From Perkinsus chesapeaki ATCC PRA-425 (taxonomy: Eukaryota; Protista; Perkinsozoa), in NCBI GenBank assembly GCA_013115145.1, contig JAAPAO010000119.1:6834-70833 (forward strand): 64,000 bases of DNA, written 5' to 3'. The notes under the pieces are model-generated. The model did no database searches. It worked only from the letters and a program-made list of their open reading frames with translations, and was not told the DNA's origin. The translations under genes were made by a program, and so were the position numbers. Numbering within the stretch: position 1 is the stretch's first letter; every line of letters begins with the position of its first letter. Positions 48,970-61,300 of the stretch are shown piece by piece.

Positions 48970-51230
48970 TCATAGTTGTGACTTACACAGAGGGCATCCG
49001 CCTCGAGACCCTCCCATCGCCGGCGAGTTTTCCTCCAACCATTCGAGAACACATCGCCAGCAAAACAGATGCCCACACACCAGTGCAGCAGGCGACTTCA
49101 TCTGTGAATAGCAAATCTGAAGGAAATGAACAGTGATAGGATCTGACGAGAAGGTCTCAGAGGCCATGATGTGTTAGGCAATCGAGGGCACTGACCAAAA
49201 TGGTGGCCTCGGATCGTCGTGAGGAAGCGGCTTCTAATAGCTCAGATACGAGTCACCCCAAAATCGGACTCATCTTCATACGTACATTTTGTTACAGAAA
49301 AGTGGTAAACAGTGATAGGGTTTGACACCGAAGTCTCTCGGGAAAAGCTTTTAAATCTCGCACAGATTTCTCATCTCACTTCATCATATTTTTAATAGTA
49401 CGCCCCGTAGACTCACCAGACATGTCAGCTGCTGATACCCCAGATTCATCTCAATCGTATCAACTGCACCGCCTTGCTCCGTGCCGTTTGACCAAGAATA
49501 TCTTCGCGCTGAAAAATCGAAGCGTCGAGACGCACCGAAAAATTCAGCTCACTTTTTTCAGAAATCTTCCCACTTTTCCGACGCCATCTCTCGTAGCTCT
49601 CCAACAGTAACGTACCTGATGGTGACACAAACCTCAAAGCGTTTCGTCATTCCTGGCAACCAGTCTCAACCAGGTCCTCAAAATTGCTAACCAAATTTCG
49701 GCCTGCAGACAGAAACATTTGCACAATTTTTACGGTCATTTCTCAAATTGAGCAATAACCGTGAAAATTCTGTCGTAAAATTTCTCAAACTGAAAATCTA
49801 AAGCCTTGAACTACAGATTAGTAATTATTGACGTATCAACTTTTACACCTCCCCATTGCACAGAAGGCAAAGCTGAGTCCCCGGCGCTTACTTAGCGTCA
49901 TAAACGATAGGACTGGATACAGAAGGCCTCCCTCATCTCTGGCATCGGCTGCTAGACTAACTCGGGAGATTCCAACCACCTAAGTGAAAGCAGACGCATA
50001 TGACCGTTACCTTATAGTAGTAATATTTCTGCGCTGTAGGCACAGGTTCAAATCCCAAGGGTGGTATTAATCTTCAATTTTAGTGATCTCAATCAACGTG
50101 TTTCGCTAAGAAAATAGTCGGCGACATTGAAGCCGCTGGAGAAGAAATTTCCGGAAATTTCCAGAAATTTTCGAAATTTTTCGAAATTTTCGCGACTGCC
50201 CACCTCATCTGTGAGATATCGATTCCGAAGACCCGCATAAAAGCCAGCCAACTGCAACTTGTAAATTAAAGGAGCCAATGATGCTACAAAACCTGACAAA
50301 GAGAAGAATGCGAAAGCTTCACGCGCCACGAAATTCGTACCAGTCAGCTCCCCGACTTTAGTTGATCTCACTCTGGAATATGCCCCAGAGAACAGGAAGT
50401 CAAAGAACGACTGAGCGTTTTTGGGGCGCGCAAGAAAAAATGGTAATAAAATCTAAGACGAAACTCGCCATGAAGCGATGCGCGAGCTGCCTTACTCTCA
50501 GTATCAACTCCTGAATCCTTTCCTTCGGGCCCAGGGGAGATAATCGATCACGCGATCGATTTAGTGTCAACGTCTCCGTGAATCTGACACAAGCAAATAA
50601 GGATTGTAAATTTCACCCGAAAACGCCAGTGAAGGCGCGAGAAGTCGAGATGGCTGTTGAGGATGGGGCAATGTGGGGTGGTTTGGTTTCCAAATAATTT
50701 ATAGTAGCAAACATCACACGGCAGTTATCCGAATTCAAAAGATTTTCCGATGAAACTCTCAAGTAGCCACCAAAAAAATCGACAAGAAATGTTTTCCCAA
50801 TGCCGACGTATAACGGGAATCTCCGAAGGAACATCATTACGCTCCTCTACCGCTCACACTTCACAACAAATGCACTCGTATGCGGATCGTCGGCGACCCA
50901 AGCTCATGAGTCTAGCTCACAGGATGAGCTAACTCAACTGGGGTGACTCGGGAATCACGATCCGCATACGAGCCATGATCGAACTTACTCTTCCCCCAAT
51001 GTGTATCCATGCCTCACTATCGCCGAGAGACGGACGATAATCGAACAAACCAACCAAATAACTGCTGGAGAGTATTCTCTGTATTGAACCTGGAAATAAT
51101 TCTGTGGCGCGCAGGAAAATATGATCTCACTAGAAATACTCTGCTAGAGCAAACAGAAACCTTGAACCTTCTGTTTCCCGCGCTCTCAATGACGAGGGAG
51201 AGATACGATGAAAATATGTCTTCTGATCAG
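48970..51230 (-). CDS. PEX10: Peroxisomal RING-finger peroxin PEX10; multi-exon, start unresolved
   Basis: Spliced TLGEE/FTE motif (TLGEEY is the PEX10 hallmark), LQLAGFYAG..RYL, and C-terminal C3HC4 RING CGHLFCWRCVLEW..CPLCK ending at 48970. Confidence 0.85.
50040..50066 (+). pseudogene. Possible tRNA 3' fragment in a PEX10 intron (antisense to host)
   Basis: GCACAGGTTCAAATCCCAAGGGTGGTA then TT; shares GCACAGGTTC with the 2912 and 31361 fragments; T-stem is degenerate. Confidence 0.45.
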
Positions 51231-53618
51231 AATGCGTTCCGTCTGTGCCGAGCATCACCGTTGGGCAAGTTGATTAAATTGGATATTTCGCGTTGAAGTG
51301 ATCAAGATAAGCTAAAATGTTTATCTACCCTATACAACTAACCTGTCTCCTAGATCCCACTCGGACAATAACTCTCCTTTTCGGCATACTTCTCTGCACC
51401 AACGATACCAATCGACCAGAAGCGACTTGCTCATTCTGAAAAAAGATGTTCTACCAGATACTGTCAGCATTTCCCAGACAAACACTTGTAGAACCAGAAG
51501 CAATGAAGTATAATATCCGGTATCTTATCTCTCAATCAGTGCTGAGTATTGTAGTAAAAATATTATAAAGTTAAAGTATAAAGTTACTATAGTTACTTTT
51601 ACTATAGTTAAAGTATATAGTATAAAGTTTTGTATATTGTTAGCTACACAAAGAGTGTTAACTCTGGAGACTAACGGAACGCCTAAACAATACTCGACAA
51701 TGTCAAGGAGATTGCGCGATTGATTTCCAATCAACCTCCAAGTGATATGTTCAACATCGATGTAATACTATTATATGATCCTGACCTATCGCCCACGACT
51801 GCCACCTAGATATCCGACTCAGCTGGTGCCCGGTAACCCTTCATCAGATTTCGAATGAGACTTCCTGCCCAACCTTCAAGTGTTCAATAGTGAAATTTCG
51901 AGCATACTTTAGTCGATAGTAACCCTTTAACAGCAGTGACAGTCTACCACTACTGGAATCACTTATTCATGATGAAGATAACTCTCTTCATCTCCCTGTA
52001 CAAGTAGAACCCATCTACCTCCGAAAAATGATATTCCCGAACCAGCGAAAGTCCGTCAGATACTTAGGCGAAATTATTATAAGCAATCGAATCCCAGTCG
52101 ATCGTCAACACCAAGTTCCGAATTGGGTGCATGAACCGCGAGCCATACATCCCGCGCTCAAGGTTACCGATTTGGCGAGTAAAGAAGTCGCTTTAGTGGA
52201 TAGGACATCAATTTCATGAAGAGGGATTACTACTAGGCCGCGCTCTTGACGCACAAGTGTTTGGAGAGTTATTTGATTCCGCTCATCGTAATTCAGCCAT
52301 CAGCTGCACGGTAGAGTCTGTACTTATATGCGCTGTGGTATAGTGCGCAGTTTGGATAGCATTTCAGCCATTTGCCTGTAACCACCGCGAGAGCGATTAC
52401 TAATCCTAGAGAAGAACTGGTCCGAGGAGACGCCCAGCTCGTGTCACACTTCAAACTGCATAAATCACACACACTGCGCAGCATGACCGTAGGAAGTTGC
52501 GTTCTTCCAGAATTCAGGAGCTAGTGAGATGGACTCTAAGACCAATGAGATCTAATTGCAATTTAATACAAAGAATTATATTAATTATAAATCTTCCCCC
52601 CAATGATCTTCCTGTTAATGGTTCAATGGCGAGAAAGATTCCTTAAAGGTGAACAACAGAATTCACTTCGGAAAATTTCCCGTGTCAAATAATCAATTTC
52701 CCAATCGCACCTTCATATCCTCCAACAGAACCAATGACCGAGTCTGCTTTGGCAAATCGATGCTCATTAGAAACAGGCGGGAGATACGAAAAATAAATAA
52801 CTGTTGCAAAATATTCTCTTTTAGTAGACTATTTCTGTCTGAAAAGTCTAGCAAGCAAAGCGCGACAAACGTGCAGGAGGAAGCCAGATTGTGTGCGCGA
52901 ATTTGTTATTGTGGTTATATAACTCAACACTGGCCCTGATGAAGTATTAATATAAACAGTAATAGTGATTGAGCTAGAGAGGAGACAGCGCGCACAACAT
53001 TATTTGTGTGCATATTTCATCACAGTTCTGCAACTTTCCGAATTTCATTTATCTTTCGCCGTAGATCGGCTTGAGATGTAGTATACGTATTTTCACTAGG
53101 GTGACTCTATGAGATATCGATCAACCGTTTCATTATTATATTTGGCACACTGCCATTTCAGCATGCGATTTGGTTATGCAGCTGTCACAGTGGACGAACA
53201 TCAAAACACTAAGTCCCGAAGGAACGCCTTTTACGCTGCTCTGTGATCTACGAACATATTTTCGATAAAAATTTTTGTTGTATCTCCTCCGCATTCGGAA
53301 CACTTTTGTGTGGCTAGATGACTCATTCCGTCTCTGCTGGGAGAGCTCCTGGGTTTGACAGTAGCTCTTTTGAACACCCGGATTGTTCAAGCGTTGGTCT
53401 CGCACACCGGGAAGAATCTTTTTACTAGTCATGGTAAGATACCGACTAACTCAACTCGACTGCGCATTAGAAATATTTTGATCACATTTCAGAATCGCGC
53501 TGACAATTACGTGAAAATAAAAATACACTTTCTGGTAGAGTTGATAAATAGCGTAAATCGATCAATAAGCTAGAACGTATCTAAAATCTTCCGAGTGCGC
53601 TCCTCACCGGAAAGATAC

Positions 53619-56600
53619 TCAATTCTTTCCCGAAACCATTTCGTATATTATTGCACTTAAACTGATCGGGTAAAGTAGTAGCGAACAGATCAGCATCACC
53701 GCGCTGGCATACCTGAGAAAAACGAAAAAATTAAAACAAACAAAATAGCATTTTCAGTGTTGGTATTTTAGAAATAGAAATTCAATCACTCGGAATCATA
53801 AGGTGGAAATAAAATTACAAAAAAATGGAAAAATTATGGAGTAAATGAAAAAACTAAGATGAAAAAATCAACGGGGTGTTTGCTATTAATGGAGAAGTAC
53901 TTCAATTATGCATTCGAGCGCCAAAAAGATGAACTCAAATATACATTAAAAATGCCTCTACCAGGGATAGAACCTGGGTCTCCTCGGCAATTTTATGAAA
54001 AGTAAGTGGTTTTCCCGCCACTAGCACGCATAATATTTCATTGAGCCCGTTCGGCCGAGCGACTATTTGGGAAAAATTTCTGTATTTTTTCACCTGAAAT
54101 TCGGCAAATTTCGCAAATCTTACCAAAAAAACCGATAGCAAATAACCAGCGTTAAGCAATTTAAAATTAAAATACTCCACCAGGAATTGAACCCACGCCC
54201 TTTGGCTGCTCACCATCTTTTCCAACCAGCCACAGTATGCCTTCCCGAGTGAAATATTTTACAGTAGAGATAACTGGGCATTACGAAACAGAGCAAGTTG
54301 CCGCAGATTAGCCCGACCAATTCGAAGACCGTTCCCAAGGAGGAGACAATGAAAGACAAGAACACCACACAAACCAGCATAACTGTCGTAGTGATAAATC
54401 TGAAAATACGAAAACCTTCTGCCCGGAAAAAGATTTTCCAAAAATTTTAACGAAGAATGCATCTCGGTAAAAAGAAAACGGAAAAAGCGAAAAGACATTT
54501 TGGATAAAATGTCGGCTGAAAAAATCGGAACTGAGAATGAGATGTGCGAATAAGATGTTCCAGACTCCTTAGCTTCTTACACCTGCAGCATGAACGTTGT
54601 CCACCTCATAATTTTTGCTGCCGAAGGTCACCGAAAGCTTATCAGTGCCCATGGTGGAGGGTAGTATATTTTCCGATTTGCATCTCTGCTGAATGACAGA
54701 GTCCCATGTCCGGGGCGCGGAAGTAATAACAATAATAGTCAACGGAACGATATTAAGGAATGCGTGAGGTGGCGTTCTCTGTAGAAATTGGAATTGGAAT
54801 TTATGTCAACAGGCCACACAAATTAAAAACATACAAGAAAAATACCATCACCAGGGCTCGAACCCGCGACCTCTCGATTCCCACCTCAGTCTCCATTCAG
54901 CTCGATCACAAGTCGGCGGCTTTCCACGATAAATCAATAGTTCAACACTTCTTCGACTAGGATGGATGGTCAGAGGTAGCGAGAAGCTGACCTAAAAAAT
55001 ATCTTTTGCGGCACAAAATTATCCTCCTACTCACCGATAGCGCCGCGGCAATGCACGCAACTTTAACCGGAGTTTCACTCACCGGCATCGACGTCAAGAA
55101 ATTTGCTGAAAAAAACGACGTAAAAAGCGCGCGCCCAGTTGATCGATTTCCTTACCTCCCACACTCTGGCCGTATGTCATATAAGGCAGAATCATCGTTG
55201 GAATAAAAACCACCAGACCGGTCGTAACCGCCGACACACTGACGAAATTCAATTTTTTCAGAGTCACGTTTGGCATCTCCTCGGCCACTTGAAAAAAGTT
55301 GTGATGGCACAGAAAAGCGAACATAAATACAGGGAATCTTGCGAGCATTCCAACCCACGAAACCGGCCAAAGCGAGGCCGATTCTAGGGAAGGGTCGGCG
55401 TAGGCTACTGCCAGGATGGCGAGATAACCAAGGGAGATCAAACCAAATGCATTGGTGAATCTGAAAAGGGAGAAGTTTAGTGTGCATGAAACGGTTGATC
55501 GATTAGCATATTTTCCCTCGCTGTGCGTTCTACTACTACACTGCAAAATTTTAGGGTCGTCTCCTCAATAGCGGACGAGAGGTCATTAAAAACGAAATAT
55601 TCTATTTCATTGGCGAGGGCCGTAGTAATAGAGTTTAGGGCTCTTCACAGACAGACAGAAAATCTGTCACGCATTTTTCACGGCGGAAAACTGTGCAGAA
55701 AATAACGCCCTGAGAGGGCGCCGCAAGCGACCTTGGATCTCGATTTGTTTCTAGTCGAAATTTTTTTTCGAATTTTACGGTAAGACAGACCGCACCGAAG
55801 TTACGGAATTAAAGATTCGGACGTGAAACTATTTTCCACCGATTCGGGAAAGTTGGACCGAAACTTACGTGGGGTTGAAATTCCGACCTTCACAGGAAAT
55901 TACGAGAAATTTTCACAATTTTTTCCGTGCAGAGAAATTACGAGAAGTATGGAAAAATTGCTACCCACTGGGAACGAAAAATGGAAAAAGGGAAAATTTC
56001 ACAAAAAAATCACAGAAAAATTAAAGTAAAAGTTATGTTTTGTGTGATGCTGGTTCAGTAGTACTGTGACTTTTTCTGATCTAGAGTTTAAACTCACTCC
56101 GTAAATTTCAACCAGGAAAAATTTACGGAAAATTTCCGGAAAATTTTCGAAAATTTTCGAAAATTTCCCTACCTTGTTGTGTTGAGGCGATGTGCATAAA
56201 GGACTGGCGAGAGCAAAATAACCACCACCAGAATGAGAATCTTTTTGAGCGTTTCAGGGTCAGTCCCAGTCGGATAAATCTCCTCGAGAATCGCCGCGAA
56301 AAGCGTGCCGGCAATCAATAGGAAACCTACAGAGGCTCCGAGACCTTTGATGACGACAGATAAGTCAACCAACCTGAAAAAATAGATGGGAAATTACGCA
56401 AAAAATATCTGAAAAATATTGGAAAACATACGCAAAAAAATATGCAGAAAAATCAAGGCAATCTTAGGAAAGCAAATTACGTGGAGATATTAAGGAAAAC
56501 TCATATCAGAATTATGCAAAAAAACGAGGGAAAGATACAGACAGGATGAAAAAAGAACTTACGATTTTGGAAATCATTATCGAGGTCGAGAACCTTCCAA

Positions 56601-57734
56601 CAAAACCATTTGAAGAACTGTATCATCTTGAGGGGTCATTTTCAAGACGAAAAATACACTTCGACATTTTTAGGAAAAATAAAGCAACTTTCAGGGATTT
56701 CATTGCAAAATAATTGTAAAACTCACGATCGTGTGAATCAGCTAACAGGAGCCATCATTCGACCTACCAACGTATCTTGGGGTTAACCAAGCTCACGACG
56801 TTAAAAAAAGATAGCATCCCATATGTTTGGGAGTCGTAGCTCTGAGCAATGAACGACATTAAATACAAAGAAAACCAACTTGCCACGCCAGCGAAGATAC
56901 AAAATAATACGGCGAAGATAACACCTGAAAAATGTAGTGTGAATAAATGGATGTGTTAACGACTCGCGAGGAAAAATTGGGGAAAAATACAAAATTTTTG
57001 ATGCTTTTATAATTTTCCCTTTTTAATTTTGCTATAGCATAAAAAAGCATTTTTCCCGCGGTGATTTCGAAAGATCGATTCTAAGGCTCAACTTCTCAAC
57101 ACAATAATTGTCTCCCCAAAATGTGGCTCGAAAATTTATTATAATTATCACTCGCTGCTTCGTTCACCCAGTTTCAGAATTTTCCCCTCCCTTGAGGATA
57201 AGAGAACTAGAAGATGAAAAAATTTCTAAATTTTCCGAAATTTTCTTGAAATTTTTTCCTTCGTATTATCCGAATTTCATGGCGAATCTTACCAAATTGG
57301 GTTGCAGCATACGCCATTCCCATCATACCACTGCCAACAAGCGTTTTAGCCATCACCGAGTACCTGAGGGCAAATCAGGAAAATTTCGGTTAAAATTGAT
57401 GGAAAAACAGACCACTAAACGTTCGAAAGGTCAGAGGGTCAGTGCTGAACAGTACGGAAACTTTCACGAGAAAAATTTGAAAAAGAAGAAAAGTTCTGTA
57501 AAAAAATCGCTGATAAGCATATGATTCAGGAACACTGTAAGTTTTCGGAAATTTACGGAAATTTACGAAAATTTACGGAAATTTACGGAAAATCTTCCAA
57601 TTCTCTTACGCTGGTCCAACTCCAGTAAGGTCCGTCTTTTTGGGATCATCAGCGTTTTTAATAGGGAGGAGAGAGTCACTTAATGAAGCTCTGGTGGAGA
57701 GTAATGAATCTGGGGTGTTAGTTGGTAAAATCAT
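53619..57734 (-). CDS. Amino acid/auxin permease (AAAP, SLC38-like) amino acid transporter; multi-exon
   Basis: ATG 57734; exons give MAKTLVGSGMMGMAYA (TM1), VVDLSVVIKGLG, FPVFMFAFLCHHNFFQV (TM6), SFSLPLTIHPSRRSV, SLGTVFELVGLICG..FVMPSYLY, LLLYPISLSAII; stop at 53619-53621. Confidence 0.9.
53953..53988 (-). pseudogene. tRNA-His-like 3' fragment in the last transporter intron
   Basis: Reverse complement GCCGAGGAGACCCAGGTTCTATCCCTGGTAGAGGCA then TTTTT; perfect T-stem CCAGG/CCTGG. Confidence 0.7.
54173..54205 (-). pseudogene. tRNA 3' fragment starting 8 nt after the donor (54213) of the last transporter intron
   Basis: Reverse complement CCAAAGGGCGTGGGTTCAATTCCTGGTGGAGTA then TTTT. Confidence 0.55.
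54843..54879 (-). pseudogene. tRNA 3' fragment starting 5 nt after an intron donor (54884)
   Basis: Reverse complement AATCGAGAGGTCGCGGGTTCGAGCCCTGGTGATGGTA then TTTT: AGGTC variable loop, T-arm, 7-nt acceptor strand and A. Confidence 0.7.
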
Positions 57735-58322
57735 TTAAGGAACTGAAGAGAAAATAAAAAAAGAATGGCGAAAAATTCACAAAAATTCACAAAAATTCAC
57801 AAAAATTCACAAAAGTTCATAAAAATTCACAAAAATTCACAAAAATTTACGGAAAATTCACAAAGATACACTGAAAGTTCATGTCGATGCGAGCAAGCTA
57901 TCGTTTTCCCCGTAACAAGCAAAAGAGAGAAAGGCTCAGTGAAGAATGAAATAGTTCGACAAACTGGAGGCATTTTCATATGATTGCAAATACGTGAGAA
58001 AAAATGACGAAAAATTTAATGGAAATTATTTTTTTCCGAGACCTAACAGTCACGCCGGGAACGCTGCAAACCCTTCCCTTTGTAAAAGCCTTCAATTAGA
58101 GAGACTTCGGTCACCAAAAAGCGACACAACGCGGTAACTAGCGTTGAATAGTCACGCGCCACGAAATCGACCGGAATTGCGTTTGTTATAGTTTCTTATT
58201 CACAACTTATCATTATGCAGTCGGCTGGCAGAAAGTTCTTATATGGCGACGCTGCTTTGGGTAATATAATATGGAAAATGGGGAAAAATGGGAAAAATGG
58301 GAAAAATTGGAAAAATGGGAAA
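57549..58322. repeat. Cluster of 9-10-bp A-tract tandem repeats (GGAAATTTAC, AAAAATTCAC, GGAAAAATG)
   Basis: Arrays at about 57549-57594, 57769-57858 and 58275-58322. Confidence 0.9.
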
Positions 58323-61300
58323 AATTGCTAAATTTTTAATTAATATTGTTGGTTTTATTGATGGTTTCAAGTGTTGTAATTTTACAAAGTTTTGAGAATA
58401 AAATGCCAGGAAATAAGACCTGTTGAAAGCTCATAAAGCTTCAGTTTGTTATATTAAGAATTTGTTATTATTCACTTGTTAATTGTTAAAATAATTAATG
58501 CTGTTATTTTATGGTAATTCTGGTTTTATATATTTACTAATTTATCTTTTTATATCCTTATTACTGTGGTTGCTGTCCTATTACTGTTTCATCATCAAGT
58601 TGTTGATTCTCCAGAATACAATTTTACGAGTAAAATGATGTAAAGTCCGTCAACGGTTCCTGTTTATTTTCAGGTAAAGTTCCGTCACTTCGCCTCGAAA
58701 TTCGTCGAGTGCCCTGCCTTAAGGACAACTATGGCTGGATTCTACGCTGTCCGAAAGTAATAATATTTCTGACATGGGAAAAATTTGACAAAAAAATGTG
58801 GAAATTTTCGGAGAAAAGTGGGGTTTGGCGACAAAATAGGAAAATTTGGGAAATTCGGCGAAAATTTGTAATTTCCCCTATATTATAAATTATAACGTCG
58901 ATAATTGTACAGTTCGTTTTCTCGAATGTCGATGAGACCTCCGAGCAGTCCATATCCTGCCCCACTGAGCCACTCTACGTTTCGTAGATCGGTTAACATT
59001 CTTCGGTCCTTTTACTTCAAATTTACGTTGTAAAATTGCATTGTTAAAAGTTTTATTGCGTCACCAAGTAGTTGTCCTTTTCGGGAAATCTAACAGAAAA
59101 AAATTTTTCCTGGCGCTTCGCAGAGATCCTGCTCGACGTTATTTATCCCGTTTTCTCTCCTGGAATATCTATCCTGAATTAGTGTCTGGTATTTCCGCCA
59201 GAACTCGGTCGGTGAGTCGGTTGCCAATACCAAGTCAGTAACGTCTTTCCTGATTGACTCTTCAAAGTCCAGTCCCGCAAATGTTTTTCGGAAAATCGTA
59301 TTTTCCATGGAAAAAAATAATTCTCACGATGCACGTTGATCACCTTTTGCAGACCGGTACGGTTGGACTAGTCGACACCCCTGAAGCTGAACCGTTGCTG
59401 CGAGAGTTAAAGGCTAACTATGATGGAAGGTGTTATTTGGTTGGACTGCTGTTTCATTTGATGATGTCATTATGGGGAATAGTGGCTCGTTGTTTGTTAG
59501 AACTAAGCGAGGCTCCTGCGAATGCGTTGTCTGAGGAAAATTATATAATTGTGTCTTGTAGTGTTGATAAAAACTCACTTTGCTTCGCGGAAGTGTGTTT
59601 ATCGAGGTTCAAAAAGTTGTTATACGGGGGTTATGACAGAAATCTATGGACACCTGAGGACTGCCATAAAGATGTCCTCAAATTCTTGCACTTTGCGAAC
59701 TGACAGTTTGCCGGCGCAAACTTGAATCACTTGAGCGATCAGAATCAGAATCAGGTAGAAACTGATCCTACTCTGGACACACTGGAAATGTTGATAGTAA
59801 ATTCCGTTCTGGAAAAGGAATCTTTCTACTAAGGATCATCATGACTCGGTGGGAGTCAAGCGGCAGTTGTAGAGGACCATCGGGCGTGCGACCCAGACTA
59901 ATTCCACTTGATGATTCCTTTCGCTCTAGGAACATATTTCTACCGAAACTTCCATTATATCTCCTCCTCCTTCGTATCTCAGTGGGACTTCACCACTGCC
60001 GGAGTTATTCTTTACTTCAACCACCTCCTCACATTTCATTACGAAAGCGTCGAGATTTTCTCCTATGAAAAATGGTTGCCTTTTAACGAGTATTGTCGTT
60101 TCATTTGGAACGCTATTTTGAAAAAAATAATGAAAAATTTTCCCCACAGGAAATTATTTTCAGCTGGACTGTTCGCCTCTGCTCGGATTAAGTTTGTCCA
60201 CGGAATATTTGATTGGTTTTTCCATGTGGGCAGATTTTCATCGCATTATTTTTCGGAAATTTTTGGGAAAATTTTCTATTTTTTTTTTCAGATTGGATTT
60301 CATCCTTAATACGCATCACCACTGGGATCACACTGGCGGCAATAAGGAGATCAAAGCAGCCACACATTGCAAGATTATTGGACCAAGAAGGGATGGCGAA
60401 ATTGATGGTAATATTTCACCGATGAAAAATTGGTGGAAAATATTTTTTTTCAAGTAGCACAGTGAGTTGGATCGAGGGACTCAGATAGGGCGCTTCAACG
60501 GTTTTACGCGAATTCGGAAATCTTATCAATTTCAAGCAGCTTTCCCGAACGATCCAACGAACGCAATCGCGCTGTTTGGTAAAGTAATATACTTGAGTAT
60601 AAGATTATCACGATATAGGGTTCTTCTTACATGCATATAATTCCACCTCAGCCCCAACTCCCGCCACCCGTGACTTTTTTTTCGAGCGGCGTTGAATCTG
60701 TAATTTCATAGATTTCCGCAGACAAGGGGAGATTGAGAGATCTGGTGGAGACGGATACTAAAGCGGAGCTGTTTATTCTTATGGGGACAAGTTTTGTGTC
60801 ATTTGTTCGGTTTCATATCTACCTTGTTCTAAGTTCTTTTTCGCAGCTGGCTTTATTGGGAGTTTCATGCGAACGACCCAGGTTCAATTCTCGGTAGGGG
60901 TGCTTCTTAGGTATCGATAAAGCAGTGGGAGAAGGTGACGAGTTCAAATTCGGAGATCTCACGGTTAAGGTGGTCGATCTTCCTGGCCACACTAAAGGGC
61001 ATGTTGGTAGTAGTTGCTAGTTGAGATATTCTGTATCTTACAAGCTTCAACCTCAGGATACCATTTCCCGGAGGCTAATGTTTTCTTTTGCGGAGATACT
61101 CTGTTCGTTCTCGGGTGTGGCCGAATGTTTGAAGGTAATAATTTCTGGGCGCGCCACAAATCAGGGAACTATTTATATCGAATAATAAACCGCGCGCCAC
61201 GAAATTATTTCAGGTACAAAAGATCAGTTCTGGTCGACCTTGCAAAAAATCCGCAACTTGCCCAAAGATACGGTCATGTTTTGTGCCCATGAATATTCTC

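Noticed and set aside
51300-53600. Possible additional spliced gene between PEX10 and the transporter
   Set aside because: There are exon-like fragments on both strands (for example HLPVTTARAITNPREELVRG at about 52376-52488), but no coherent model or homology, and the strand is undecided.
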